From positions 1 to 39,256 of IMG/VR virus record IMGVR_UViG_3300009678_001044: 39,256 nt of DNA; one strand, 5' to 3'. The notes beneath the pieces were generated by a model. That model saw nothing but the letters and a program-made list of their open reading frames with translations. It had not been told where the DNA came from and did no database searches. A program made the translations under genes and the position numbers. This DNA comes from a virus (taxonomy: Duplodnaviria; Caudoviricetes). This document shows, in pieces, positions 25,631 through 36,900 of this stretch. Every line of letters starts with the position of its first letter. Position 1 is the first letter of the stretch.

Positions 25631-27994
25631 GTGAAAAAACTAATTCTATGGATTTGCTTGCTGTTTGCTTCTCCTCCGCTCTGGGCTGTGACGCGCTACG
25701 TCAACCCGGCGTGTACGAATAACATCACCACGTATAACGCAGCGACGAAGGCATGTACGGGAGGAGCGGCGCGGGTTTATAGCTCCATCGCTAATATGTG
25801 GGCTGGGGGCCTCTTTGCGGCGGGAGACACAACGATCGTTGAGACAGGAACGTATACGAGCGGTATCCCCTGCGCGACGACTGTCCCAAATGGAACTTCC
25901 TTCGCGGATGCTGCTGTGCTGCGACCAGCAACAGGAGCGACCGTAACCGTTACTGCTCAGTTCTGCTTTGATAACACCGAGCACCACTTCATTGTGGGGG
26001 CGACGGATGGGAACTGGATTCTGGACGGCACTGGGAAGGGAGACGACGGGATCTTCATCTGGGCAGCAGCGCACCACCTTCGCTTCATCAATATCGAGGT
26101 GAGGAACTGGAAGAACGCGAGCACTACGACAGCAGGAGTCCATATTAGTGATGCTGCTGGTGCGGGGCATGAATTCAAGTTCATGAAGGTTCACGACAAT
26201 GGCGTGGATCAACTGGATCATGGGATCTACAACCACGTCGCGGATGTGCTTGTCGAGGACTCAATTGTCTACCGGAATTCGGGCTACGGCATCCAATTTT
26301 ACTCTAATGGTTCCTCCGCTCCCAGTAATGGTATCATTCGGAGAAACACTTTGTTTGACAATGGAACAGGTGGGTATGGCGGTGGGATTGTCATCTCACG
26401 CGGGTCGAACATACAGGTCTATAATAACGTTACCTATGCGACTACCGCCAGTCAGGACTCCGGGATCGAAGTTGACTTCCAAAATGTGAGTGGAGGAAAG
26501 GTCTATAACAATACGGTCTATGGACATCCTCGGGGGATAGTGATTGGAAGCGGCTCATCGAGTGCGGTTGTCCGAAATAATATCGTAGTCAACAACACCA
26601 CAAACATTGTCAACACAGGGACAGGAACGAGCTTCACCAACAACTTCTGCAACGCAGCGACCACGGGTTGCATGACGACTGCGTTTGGGAATCCGCAGTT
26701 CGTGAATGCGGCAGCGGCTGACTTCCGACTCCTGATTTCAAGTCCGGCGAGAGAAAAGGGAGCCGATCTATCTGCTGTGTTCACGACTGATTTCTCGGGA
26801 CTGACGCGTACCGTGCCGTGGGATACGGGAGCTTACAAATACGTTGACTTTGCTGCTCCTACGGTGTCGATGACGGGACCGTCGAACGGGGCGACTGTGA
26901 GCGGGAACTCCGTAGCGGTGATGGCGAATGCGACAGATAACGTGGGAGTCGTAGGAGTTCAGTTCAAATTGGATGGGTCCAATTTGGGGACAGAGGACAC
27001 CTCGACTCCTTATGGAGTAACCTGGGATAGCACGCTATCGAGTAACTCCGTTCATGTGCTAACTGCGGTCGCGAGGGATGCAGCGGGGAACAGTGCAACC
27101 TCCGCTGCGATCAGTGTCACGGTAGATAACGCGGGAGCGCCGGATGCAGCTCCAACTGTGTCTATCAATAGTCCGCTAAATGGGGCGACTGTGAGCGGGA
27201 CGATCACTGTTTCGGCTCTCGCAACCGATGATGTGAGTGTGAGTGGAGTACAGTTCAAATTGGATGGGGTGAATCTCGGAGCTGAGGACACGACGTTCCC
27301 CTACGGAGTCTCGTGGGGAACGCCAAGCGCAGGGGACGGAGCACATACACTGCTGGCGGTTGCAAGGGATGGTGCGGGACACACAACCACCTCCACTGCT
27401 GTGATTGTGATGGTGAACAACCCCCCTCCAACAATCAGTGGGATTAGCGCAGGGTCGATCACATCGAGTACTGCAACGATCGCTTGGACAACGAGCACAT
27501 TGTCTGATACCGCTGTTCGATATGGTTTCACCGGGACCTACACGAACTACGTGACCACTGGGAACTCTGTCACGTCCCATTCGAAAGCTCTTAGTGGTCT
27601 CTCTGCGTTCTCCCTCTATCACTATCGCGTGGAGTCACGGGATGCGATTGGGCAACTGAGCGTGAGCGGGGATAACACCTTCACGACCCTCGCGGCGGGG
27701 GCGACAACGATTACAGTGACGAGTCCGGCGGGTGGGGAGACCTGGGTCAAGGATTCTGTTCAGACGATCACTTGGACCAAGAGTAGCGATGTCATGGGGA
27801 ATGTGAGAGTGTTGATATCCCGTAATGGTGGCTCGACTTATCGCACGATTGTTAATAGTGTGGCAGCGAGCACAGGAACCACGCCTTGGACCGTGAAACC
27901 CCCGTCTTGCAATAACTGTCTCATCCGGGTGCAGAGTCTTACCGCGCCTGCTGTATTCGATAACAGCGCTACATTCAGAATCACCAACAACTGA
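25631..27994 (+). CDS. Signal peptide + beta-helix + 2x bacterial Ig (Big_7-like) + FN3-like + C-terminal Ig domain protein
   Basis: GTG start after GGAGGAG; KKLILWICLLFASPPLWA signal peptide; DHGIY..NSGYGIQ..NN repeats; PQFVNAAAADFRL...WDTGAY; two APTVS...ATD.VGV.GVQFKLDG repeats; SATIAWTT..SDT.V.YG; ITVTSPAGGETW. Confidence 0.88.
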   Translation: MKKLILWICLLFASPPLWAVTRYVNPACTNNITTYNAATKACTGGAARVYSSIANMWAGGLFAAGDTTIVETGTYTSGIPCATTVPNGTSFADAAVLRPATGATVTVTAQFCFDNTEHHFIVGATDGNWILDGTGKGDDGIFIWAAAHHLRFINIEVRNWKNASTTTAGVHISDAAGAGHEFKFMKVHDNGVDQLDHGIYNHVADVLVEDSIVYRNSGYGIQFYSNGSSAPSNGIIRRNTLFDNGTGGYGGGIVISRGSNIQVYNNVTYATTASQDSGIEVDFQNVSGGKVYNNTVYGHPRGIVIGSGSSSAVVRNNIVVNNTTNIVNTGTGTSFTNNFCNAATTGCMTTAFGNPQFVNAAAADFRLLISSPAREKGADLSAVFTTDFSGLTRTVPWDTGAYKYVDFAAPTVSMTGPSNGATVSGNSVAVMANATDNVGVVGVQFKLDGSNLGTEDTSTPYGVTWDSTLSSNSVHVLTAVARDAAGNSATSAAISVTVDNAGAPDAAPTVSINSPLNGATVSGTITVSALATDDVSVSGVQFKLDGVNLGAEDTTFPYGVSWGTPSAGDGAHTLLAVARDGAGHTTTSTAVIVMVNNPPPTISGISAGSITSSTATIAWTTSTLSDTAVRYGFTGTYTNYVTTGNSVTSHSKALSGLSAFSLYHYRVESRDAIGQLSVSGDNTFTTLAAGATTITVTSPAGGETWVKDSVQTITWTKSSDVMGNVRVLISRNGGSTYRTIVNSVAASTGTTPWTVKPPSCNNCLIRVQSLTAPAVFDNSATFRITNN

Positions 27995-28004
27995 GGAGAG
28001 TGAC

Positions 28005-28328
28005 ATGCCACAAGTTCCCGGATACCCGACATCGATTGGTTCACAGAATCTTGGAGTGATCTCCCGGCTTGGTCCCTTGGTATATGCAGCGGGGGGCTTG
28101 GAAGTTGAAGCTCGGGAGTTTGGCCTCAAGTACATCGACTTCGCGGGAGGGATGGACAGCGATAATGGATTGTATTTCGTGACCGCCCGGATCGATGCCG
28201 CACTAGAAGATACGACTCCTCGGCAGTCGGTGTTCTTCCGGGTTTCGGTCGCGCTTACTGGAGCGGAAGTAGCGGATGCGGTGAACTTGAGCGCTGTGAC
28301 CTTCCGGCTGTGGGCGGTGGGGATCTAA
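28005..28328 (+). CDS. Small virion/head accessory protein
   Basis: YAAGG...FGLKYID; GAGGAG RBS; position in head module. Confidence 0.6.
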   Translation: MPQVPGYPTSIGSQNLGVISRLGPLVYAAGGLEVEAREFGLKYIDFAGGMDSDNGLYFVTARIDAALEDTTPRQSVFFRVSVALTGAEVADAVNLSAVTFRLWAVGI

Positions 28329-28395
28329 CGAATAGTAGAGAGCTAGCGAGTGCGCTCCTGTACTCCAGCGGACAGCAGGACATGGAGAAACGAAT

Positions 28396-29253
28396 ATGAC
28401 CGCGTTGAATGGATTTGGGGCTTACAGCAACGTTCCAAGCATTGTGAGTGCGTCGGGATCACGGCGGCTAGGGTTGGTAGTTGGTCCGTCGCGACCCTAT
28501 ACCACCATCGGAGCCGCAGTCGCTGCCGCAGTGAGCGAAGATGTGATCTTCGTCGCGCCAGGGGAATATGAAGAACTCGTGGTGATCCCCCATTCGAAGC
28601 CGAACCTTCAGATCATTGGGTTGGGTGGGAGAGGGAGTGTGTTCGTCGCTGCTACGACTGATGGAGTGGCTGTCACCAATCTCGCGGATGACACAACCCT
28701 CGTCAATATCGGATGTGAGGGCGATGGAGCAGGCGGGGGGCTTGTGAACTCCGGTCGCCGTCTTCGCGCGCATGGCTGCAAGATCGAAGGAGGCGCGATT
28801 GCCTGCACGCTCACGATGGGAACGGTGGCTCAGATTGCCGCCCTCACACATAGCGACGGGAGCGATTGCCTGCTTGAGGATTGTGAGGTGTGCTGGGCGG
28901 ATCTGGGGATCGTGCTGGCAGCGTCTGATTATGGCGCTGTGACCCAGCCATTCATCAAGAACACGTATTTCCATTCCCTCCCGGATGCCAGTATCGCGGA
29001 GAGTGGAGCGGCGGCAGATGTGAGGTTCAGGGGGTTGGTGGTTGATGGATGCACGTTCGGGCCAGGAGATGAGGACACTCACGCGCTGCCCACCGCGTGG
29101 ATTCTTCTCAATGGCGACAATGCGAACGATGGCGTGGTTACGCGGTGTGCATTCCCGGCAGCACTCAACAGTGGATTGAATCTTGTGAGCACGACGCTGT
29201 TGTGGACCGGGAATTTGCATCCTGCTGGATTGTCAACGGGTCAGCCTTCGTAG
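28396..29253 (+). CDS. Pectin-lyase-like beta-helix virion protein
   Basis: PYTTIGAAVAAA..EDVIFVAPGEYEE cap motif followed by beta-helix-like repeats. Confidence 0.7.
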   Translation: MTALNGFGAYSNVPSIVSASGSRRLGLVVGPSRPYTTIGAAVAAAVSEDVIFVAPGEYEELVVIPHSKPNLQIIGLGGRGSVFVAATTDGVAVTNLADDTTLVNIGCEGDGAGGGLVNSGRRLRAHGCKIEGGAIACTLTMGTVAQIAALTHSDGSDCLLEDCEVCWADLGIVLAASDYGAVTQPFIKNTYFHSLPDASIAESGAAADVRFRGLVVDGCTFGPGDEDTHALPTAWILLNGDNANDGVVTRCAFPAALNSGLNLVSTTLLWTGNLHPAGLSTGQPS

Positions 29254-29293
29254 GGTGTTGGGTGAAGGGCAGTAACTAGCCCCGCAGGGGCTT

Positions 29294-29330
29294 GGGAGCG
29301 CTGTCAGCGGCGGCAGTCGCTCCCTTTTTT
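29294..29330 (+). terminator. Rho-independent terminator ending the head module
   Basis: GGGAGCG-CTGTC...GGCAG-T-CGCTCCC followed by T6. Confidence 0.85.
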
Positions 29331-29346
29331 GCTTATAGGGAACTGA

Positions 29347-30333
29347 ATGCGCTACGAGTTCATGTGGAATGAGCTGAAGTCGTCCATCCCCAAGGTGGAT
29401 TCGCTCTTCGCACAGAAATTGGTACAGCGGGCATGGAGGGACATACGGGACAGTAGGCGATGGAGTTTTCTCTGTGGGGAGATTGCGATTGGGGTGCCTG
29501 ATTCGATCAGCGTTGGGACCGTGAATGTGACGCAGGGGAGCACGACCGTTGGGATGGATGCAACAGCGGATGCGGCGCTCACGGCGGTTGGGTTCACGAC
29601 AAATCAGCTTGTGCAGCTATCCATCCGGATCGGGACCAACATCTACAATATCATCGCTGATGGAGGACCGGGGTTTCTTACTATTGAGTATCCTTACAAT
29701 GGACCCACGGCGAGCGGACTCGCGTATATCATTTATCAACCGTACATTCTCGCGCCTGCCGATTTTCTTAGTTGGGTGAGTGTGATCGATCCGTACTCTC
29801 CCACGCCCACGTTCAATGTGACGACAACCAAGGAAGAGTTGGATTCGTGGGACCCACAGCGGGGAGCCATGGGTCAACCTTATCGCCTCGCACAATATCG
29901 GTATGAGGCGAATCTCGCGGGGTCGAGTCCGGCGATCCTTGATCGGTATCGATTCGAATTGTGGCCCGGACCTACGGTGTATCGCCAATATCTCGCGCTG
30001 TATCAGAAGAAAGGGATTGATCTCGTCGCGGGTCAATCACAGCCGTCGATTATCCCCGACGAACTCATCATGTCTCGGGCTCGCTACTTCGGATATGAGT
30101 GGTGCGAGTCGAACAAGGGGAAGCATCCGGAGCTAAAGGGAACGAATTGGATGAATCTTCGGAATGAGACGAATAAAGAATACCAAGTGATGCTCGCGCA
30201 GGCATCGAGGCAGGATGAGGAAATCTTCCTCCAGAACTATCCGAGGAGTTATATGAGCGTAGCGGGATGGGGAGGATGGGGTGATACCGTCGCTGGGCAG
30301 CAGCACGCGCCGTTCTATGGAGGTGGATGGTAA
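29347..30333 (+). CDS. Head-tail adaptor-like protein
   Basis: LVQRAWRDI...RRWSFL, FELWPGP...Y..LY; inserted GTVNVTQGSTTV beta domain. Confidence 0.6.
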   Translation: MRYEFMWNELKSSIPKVDSLFAQKLVQRAWRDIRDSRRWSFLCGEIAIGVPDSISVGTVNVTQGSTTVGMDATADAALTAVGFTTNQLVQLSIRIGTNIYNIIADGGPGFLTIEYPYNGPTASGLAYIIYQPYILAPADFLSWVSVIDPYSPTPTFNVTTTKEELDSWDPQRGAMGQPYRLAQYRYEANLAGSSPAILDRYRFELWPGPTVYRQYLALYQKKGIDLVAGQSQPSIIPDELIMSRARYFGYEWCESNKGKHPELKGTNWMNLRNETNKEYQVMLAQASRQDEEIFLQNYPRSYMSVAGWGGWGDTVAGQQHAPFYGGGW

Positions 30334-30623
30334 TGGCACATGATCCATACAGTCAGACGGCGAAGCTGCTCGATGCTGGGCCATCGCCAACGAAACGCAC
30401 AGCAGGGAAGTCGAGTGCGAGCGCATCACCATCGCCTGCTATTCCGGACGTAGTGGTTGGGAAGAGGTATACTGATCCAGAGAGCGTACGAAACGAAGAG
30501 TACATGACGGGTGCTGTGAAACGGCTCAATCAACGCATGAGCGCGGACAACGAGCGTGTCAGCGGGGAATACAGAAGCCGTCGATACAATGATCGAAGAT
30601 TCGGAAGGCGGAGTGGAAGGTGA
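30333..30623 (+). CDS. Hypothetical protein
   Basis: TAATG overlap; Arg-rich C-terminus. Confidence 0.6.
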   Translation: MAHDPYSQTAKLLDAGPSPTKRTAGKSSASASPSPAIPDVVVGKRYTDPESVRNEEYMTGAVKRLNQRMSADNERVSGEYRSRRYNDRRFGRRSGR

Positions 30624-30685
30624 GAATTATCTACCGAAAGAAGTGATGTGGAAAGCCAGCGCGTGACGCTGGAAAGGAGACTGCA

Positions 30686-30988
30686 ATGGCTGGAGCTAAG
30701 TGGGATTCACCCGCAGGAAGCAAGAAAGAAGGACATGAACCATTCCCCGGAGAAACGAGTGGTCCCGGTGTCTATAACAACAACCCTCTGCTGTCGAAGC
30801 CAACGACTGGGGGCTTCCAGATGAAATTCCTCGAAACGATCAAACGCGGGAAGTCGATTGAAATCGATACCCCGATGGATGCGATGGATAGCATTCCGAA
30901 GACCCCGAACCTCACCCCTCCCTCGCATAACGCATCGGACAATGCAGGGGCGCACTGGGATAGCCCCTTCAAAGCTATCAAGAAATAG
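30686..30988 (+). CDS. Hypothetical protein
   Basis: AAAGGAG RBS; AGA.WDSP repeated at both termini. Confidence 0.7.
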   Translation: MAGAKWDSPAGSKKEGHEPFPGETSGPGVYNNNPLLSKPTTGGFQMKFLETIKRGKSIEIDTPMDAMDSIPKTPNLTPPSHNASDNAGAHWDSPFKAIKK

Positions 30989-31002
30989 CGAGCGCAGCGA
31001 GC

Positions 31003-32382
31003 ATGGCAATGCAGCGGAAGAATTATCAGGCAACAACAGATGAGGGGGTAGCTATCCCCTCTCCTCTGATTGATGTCTTCATCAGCGGCACGCTCGATCG
31101 GGCGGAGCTATTCTCCGATGATCTGATCTCTCCCACGCCGCTAGCGAATCCCTTCACAGGCGACAGTGCTGGCCGCTTCGGATTCTACACGCTCGATGGG
31201 ATCGTGGATATCGTCGTGCATTCGTTGTATACGCTGGAGGCAGAGCTATTCGATTACACGCTAGGAGATACTCCACTCGACTCCGCGATTGAGTCCATCA
31301 ACGATCAGACGGAAGCATTGCAGACTATTGAAATCGGAACCGCTGGAGTCGATGCGACGATTACCTCAGCAGGTGGGGTGCATACGATCGATCTGCCGAG
31401 TGCGAGTGGGGCCGCACGGGGACTTCTGATTCCCACCCATTGGACCCTCTTCAACTCTGCGATCCGATCGCTCGCGGGACTCTCCGGGAACACGATCACC
31501 ATGACGATCGGGAGTGCGGGGACCGATGCGAATATTGCGCCCCTCGGGACCAATATCACGATCAACCTTCCCACCGCATCCGCAGTGAATCGGGGATTGC
31601 TCTCTGCTGCGAACTGGACCGCGTTCAATGCGAAGCAGGCGGCATTCGCTGGGACCACGCTCCAGTACGTCCGTGGGGATGCGTCCCTCGCGACGCTGAA
31701 TACCGCTATTGTTCCTGAAGTAACGAATCTGTACTTCACGACAGCTCGCGCGAGGACATCGATCTCTGCGACGGCTCCGGTTGCTTACAACTCATCAACC
31801 GGCGTCGTGTCGATGGCGGCGGCGACTGGCGCTGTGAATGGCTACCTCACCGCTGCAAACTTCACGATCTTTAACAATAAGCTAGGAACCCTGAACACGC
31901 TGACGGCAGCGGCACAGACGTTTGCGGTGGGCACAACCGGAACCGATGTAAACATCAGCTCCGTTACGTCGGTGCATACGTTCAATTTCCCCGATGCGAG
32001 CGCGAGTGCGAGAGGGCTCGTCACAACAGGCACTCAGACCATCGCTGGGGCGAAGACGCTTAGTGGGAGGCTTACTACCGGAAGTGGCCGGAACATCAAA
32101 ACCCGCGTGCATATCGCAAGCGGAGATGTAACGATCACCACCGCTGATGATGTAGTGATCGTGAACAAGACAGTTGCGGCTGCGAGCACGGTGAACCTAC
32201 CCGGATCACCCACGGCTGGCGATGTGTATTGTATCAAGGATGGGAAGGGGGATGGGGCCGCGAATCCTCTCACAATTACCCCCGCTGCTGGGACGATCGA
32301 TGGAGCTGGGAGCTTCGCTACCACCGCCAATTACGAAGCGGTGTGGGTTATTTTTAACGGGACCGAATGGAACGTCGTTTAG
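31003..32382 (+). CDS. Tail/collar fibre protein
   Basis: N-terminal LANPFT.D..G.F.FY..DG..DI head-binding-like domain; three GT.GTD..I......[LF]P.AS...RGL repeats; C-terminal V.LP.SP..G....IKD..G....N..TI domain. Confidence 0.7.
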   Translation: MAMQRKNYQATTDEGVAIPSPLIDVFISGTLDRAELFSDDLISPTPLANPFTGDSAGRFGFYTLDGIVDIVVHSLYTLEAELFDYTLGDTPLDSAIESINDQTEALQTIEIGTAGVDATITSAGGVHTIDLPSASGAARGLLIPTHWTLFNSAIRSLAGLSGNTITMTIGSAGTDANIAPLGTNITINLPTASAVNRGLLSAANWTAFNAKQAAFAGTTLQYVRGDASLATLNTAIVPEVTNLYFTTARARTSISATAPVAYNSSTGVVSMAAATGAVNGYLTAANFTIFNNKLGTLNTLTAAAQTFAVGTTGTDVNISSVTSVHTFNFPDASASARGLVTTGTQTIAGAKTLSGRLTTGSGRNIKTRVHIASGDVTITTADDVVIVNKTVAAASTVNLPGSPTAGDVYCIKDGKGDGAANPLTITPAAGTIDGAGSFATTANYEAVWVIFNGTEWNVV

Positions 32383-32391
32383 TCAAATGAA

Positions 32392-33741
32392 ATGCCGTAT
32401 AGCTCAACCAGCCTCAATGAGATTCTCTCCCGTCTTCAGGATCGTCTCGACTCAAAAGCTGTCTTCTTCACCAACGATCAATTCTCCGCATATCCCGAGA
32501 TCCAACTCTATCTAAAGGAAGCCGTAAGGTTCTGGAACTGCCTTGCGACGAAGTACCGGGAGCGGTTCGTGTTTCAGACCGTCGCGGGGCAGGCATTCTA
32601 TAATCTCAACGACCCAGCGCTTGTAGTCTCTCCATCCAATCTCGTCGCACACACCGTTACCACCCAAGATCTCATCGCGGAGATGCAGTTTCATCTCATG
32701 GAGCCATTGTCGCCCAGTGTGTGGGCTGGCACCGATATGTTCACAATGGAGCAGATAGTCAATGCCCTCCAGAAGCGGAGAGATCAGTTCCTCGTGGATA
32801 CTGGGGTAGAGCAGGAATTTGACAACTCCGCGTTCACCGTGTTGGGTAGCGGTCGCTTCGAGTTCCCCGAGGGGTGGATGGATATCCGCCGACTCGAATG
32901 GGTCGATCTCGATGGGATACGGACGCATCTGTGGCGGAGTGATGAATGGTCACGGGATTCGCTCGATGTGGGATGGGCACTCAATAGCGATCCAACGCCA
33001 ACCCAATTCAGTATCATCCTCACGAATCCCCTTCGCATCCAACTTATGCCTGCGCCTGCGCTCCCCGGCACGATGGAGAGAATCGTAACGAAGACAGGTG
33101 TTACGCTCGATGCGATTACTAATCCCCTCATCGGTGTCCCTGATGATTGGACGTGGGCGGTGAAGTGGGGAGCGATGGCAGACTTGTTGGGGATGGAGAA
33201 TCAGGCAAGAGATCCCGCGAGGGCCGCGTATTGCGAATCCCGCTATGCGATGGGAGTCGAGTTGTGTATGAAGGCTCCGACGGTTCTTCACGCGCTGATT
33301 AATGGAATGCAGGCCCCGCTGGTGTCGATTGAGGAACTGGATACGCAGGCTCCGGGGTGGACTAACATCCCTGGCCCTCCAGACACGATCGGGGTGTCAG
33401 AGGATATGTTGGCGCTGTCCCCGGTTCCTGATGGGGTTTACAGCATCACCATGGATGTACTGCGAACGGCTCCGTTTGGCGATCCGATCCAGGTCGCTCT
33501 TGAGGAACAGGACGCGGTGCTTGACTACGCGCATCATATCGGGACCTTCAAAGAGGGTGGGGTGGAATTCAAGGCGACCATGCGGAACCTGAAGAATATC
33601 GTGCAGCAGGCGACGGTGTTCAATGAACGGCTGAGTGCGATGAGTTTCTATCGGGAACTCATGGAAGAACGGAGCAGAAGGGAAGACGAGCGACGCGCCC
33701 GCCGCGAACCTGTTGAGCAGATCGTGGACATCGAGTTATGA
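32392..33741 (+). CDS. Adaptor/head-completion-like structural protein
   Basis: 449 aa with two adaptor-like helical starts and L.P.P..Y motifs; synteny. Confidence 0.55.
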   Translation: MPYSSTSLNEILSRLQDRLDSKAVFFTNDQFSAYPEIQLYLKEAVRFWNCLATKYRERFVFQTVAGQAFYNLNDPALVVSPSNLVAHTVTTQDLIAEMQFHLMEPLSPSVWAGTDMFTMEQIVNALQKRRDQFLVDTGVEQEFDNSAFTVLGSGRFEFPEGWMDIRRLEWVDLDGIRTHLWRSDEWSRDSLDVGWALNSDPTPTQFSIILTNPLRIQLMPAPALPGTMERIVTKTGVTLDAITNPLIGVPDDWTWAVKWGAMADLLGMENQARDPARAAYCESRYAMGVELCMKAPTVLHALINGMQAPLVSIEELDTQAPGWTNIPGPPDTIGVSEDMLALSPVPDGVYSITMDVLRTAPFGDPIQVALEEQDAVLDYAHHIGTFKEGGVEFKATMRNLKNIVQQATVFNERLSAMSFYRELMEERSRREDERRARREPVEQIVDIEL

Positions 33742-33959
33742 TGAACATCCTCCGAGATGACGATGGGAAACGATACATTCAGTGTGAGTGTGGGTGTGTG
33801 TCGAAGGCTATTGGATGGTCGATTGGGGATGACATCCTCCATAACATTCTCAAGGCGTTTGCGAAGTGCCCGGAGTGTCGAAGCGCGGAGGATAAGGCAG
33901 CAATCGAGGAACCCTGGCGGGTAGTGAAAACCAAGAAGAAGGGGAACGCTAGTGCCTGA
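33738..33959 (+). CDS. Small Zn-binding protein
   Basis: CECG...CPEC; overlaps both neighbours. Confidence 0.55.
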   Translation: MMNILRDDDGKRYIQCECGCVSKAIGWSIGDDILHNILKAFAKCPECRSAEDKAAIEEPWRVVKTKKKGNASA

Positions 33960-36900
33960 GAATCACCAATACGAGAGACATGTAGAGCGGATGGCTTGCA
34001 CAGGTGTCAATGTGTTCATGCCAACCGACGCGCTTCCGAATGGGAAGTTCAGCCGCCTCCTCAACGTTCGCGCGACGAGTGGAAAGCTCGCCGCGATCAG
34101 CGCCCGCACGGGATACAGCGATCTGCTTACGGGGATGACGGGGGACGTGCATAGCATAAGGAGGCTCAATGACAATATTGGACCTAACTCTACTTTTGTG
34201 GGTGATTTCACTTATGTTGTCGGGGCGAGTACCTTTCTCTACCGGGGACCTACTGGAGCGATGACACTTGTCTCATCAAGTTGGAGCGGGCGTCCGCTGA
34301 GTATGTGTCATTGGAGACCGGATGCTTCCCCTCGCGCTTTTATGTATGTGTTCGACGCGGATAAGCAGGAGAAGGTGGGGAGGACATCGAATACGGCAGT
34401 CGCTGTTGATGTGGTGTATCCGATTGGAATTCCGATTCCCCAGACAGCTCCTGTCATCGCGGATGTTGGGGGCGCAGGTCCTGTTGGCGATTATCGATGG
34501 AGATACCGATACCGCAGCTCCCAGACGGGGGAGAAATCGAACCCCTCCCCAATTCCTGTGAGTGTGTTCACTACGACGGGCGGCGTTACGGTCACAGTCA
34601 TAGCTTCGTCATCCATCCAAGTTGATACGATCGACATCTTCCGGCAGGGGGAAGCGCTGCTCGATTATGTGAAGGTAGGGGAGATTCCGAATAGCGGCTC
34701 GCTCGTGTTCACGGATCTGCTCCCGGATATTGATCTGCAAACCGCTGAGATCCTGGAGATCAATAACGATCAGCCATTCACAACCGTAGGTCTCCCGATG
34801 ATTGGGACGGTGACGGTCGCTGCGGATACTCCCGAGGTGGGTCTCTTCACAATCACTCGCGTTAGCGGGAAGCTCTTCATCACGGATAACACGACTGGAG
34901 CGTCGCCGCTGCTGATCGCTCCCGGCACGATCATCAATGTGAACGATATCGATTTTACGGTGTACTCGTCGCCAACGAGCGATAGCGTGATGATTATCCG
35001 GGGTGTGTATACCGGCCCTGCGGGGCCTGTGAATTACGCGATTCAGGAGCCCGTGCTCCTTGCGAAGTCGCTGCCGTTCGTGTGGGGGCCATTTGAGAAT
35101 TGCCTGCTTGCCTGTGGGGATATCTACAGGCCGGGGACATTGTATTGGACGAATCCGAACAACCCCGATAGCGCCGATTCCGCGAATAATCAAGAGATCA
35201 CCTCTCCAAGCGAGCCGCTGATGAATGGCTTCATCCTTAGCGGACGATCATTCGTCTTCAGCTCCGAACGGCTGTACAGCATTCACACCGCGTTCGACGA
35301 TAAGTCGCAGTGGACGATCCTTGGAACCCCCTGCCAGAAGGGGTTGTATACGAATTGGGCCTTCTGTACCGAGGGGACCAAGCAGGGCGCTCGGTGCTGG
35401 TTTCTCGCGAAGGATGGGATCTACGAGACCACGGGAGGGGAGGCACGGTGCATCACGGATGCCGATCTGTATCCCCTCTTCCCCAACGAGGGTACTGAGG
35501 GTGTAGCTGCGAATGGCTACCTCCCTCCGGATATGACCCAGCGTACCTATCTCCGTCTCGCCTACGATAAGGGGAAGGTCTACTTCAACTATAAGGACAT
35601 CTCCGGCACCCCGGTGTGTCTAGTGTACGACCCGCTCGTAGAAGGGTGGTTCCCCGACACGTATCACGTCGATAACCCAGTGTTCCTGCACTACTCTGAC
35701 GAGGCCCGCGAATCCCTCTCCCTTCTCGCGTGTGGAACCAACAGCGTGATGCTATCGATTGGGGCCGCTGATAATGGGAATGCGATCCCCTGCCAGATCC
35801 GGAATCGATCGCTCAACTACAACGACCCAGGCACTCGGAAGCTGTGGGGGGATGCGACCTATGACCTGGATACGGGAGACGCTGCGGTTACGATTCAATC
35901 CTTCTTCGAAAATGACACGTTCAACGGACCATCAGAAATCCGATCCGCATCCACTGGTCGCAAGCAATACATCTTGGATTTGCTTGGAGCAGAAGCCCGA
36001 AACATGGGGATCGATTTCTCCTGGTCAACCAACGTTGGTCCTCCAACAGTTTATCTATGGATACCGAGCGCCGTCCCCAAGCCCGAGGACTCCCAGAAGC
36101 GGGTAGTCGATTGGCATGAAATCATTGGGGACGATGCGTATGTGATGGGGATACGGATTTGGGTGGATACGCGGGATGAGGCGGGAGTCGCACAGACGAA
36201 GACCGTTCAGGTGTGGTGCGATCAAGCCTTCACGGGGAACACCCTTACGATCATCTCCGCTGGGGAGCAGAAGCTGGAGTTCTCGTGGCCCGTGTTCAAG
36301 GGGAAATTGGGAAGGTTGGTTCCCACTGATTCCAATCGTTGGAGAGTGTGGAAATGGGAATGGATCGCCGAGCCTGAGCCCTTCGATGTCTCGAAGTGGG
36401 ACACGAACTGGAAGGACGCGATCGAGGGAGCGAAAGTTGGATACCTTACCGGAGTTGTCATCGAGGCGGATACGCACGGAGTTGAGAAATCATTCATTCT
36501 CGAATCTGAACTTGAAGGGGTCGTCAGCCTCCATACCGCCGTTGGCGGGAATGTTCTTAATCATGATGGGCGGCTTACTCGAACTTATAGTCTGGTTATC
36601 ACGAACGCGATCCGAGCGAGGCAGGTAAGATTCCACAGCGCGGATGGGGTCATTGGGCGGATGTACGATGTGTCATGGATCGCCCACGCTTCGGAGCCCA
36701 ACTATCTCACGAACTTCGATGTGAATTACGAGGATGCCGGGTATCTCGGCGCGAAGTTCATGCAGGGGATTGTGATTGATGCGGATACGGGAGGCGCGAC
36801 CAAGCAACTCGATGTGGAGTTCGAAGATGGGCAGGTGGAGACCTTCTTCATCAATCACACGAAGCGGATGGGACGTGCGTATAGCTTCCGATTCCCAGTG

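Noticed and set aside
30986-31002. TAGCGAGCGCAGCGAGC, similar to TAGCGCGCAGCGCAG at 21405
   Set aside because: Short, GC-rich and only two loose copies; cannot be told from chance.
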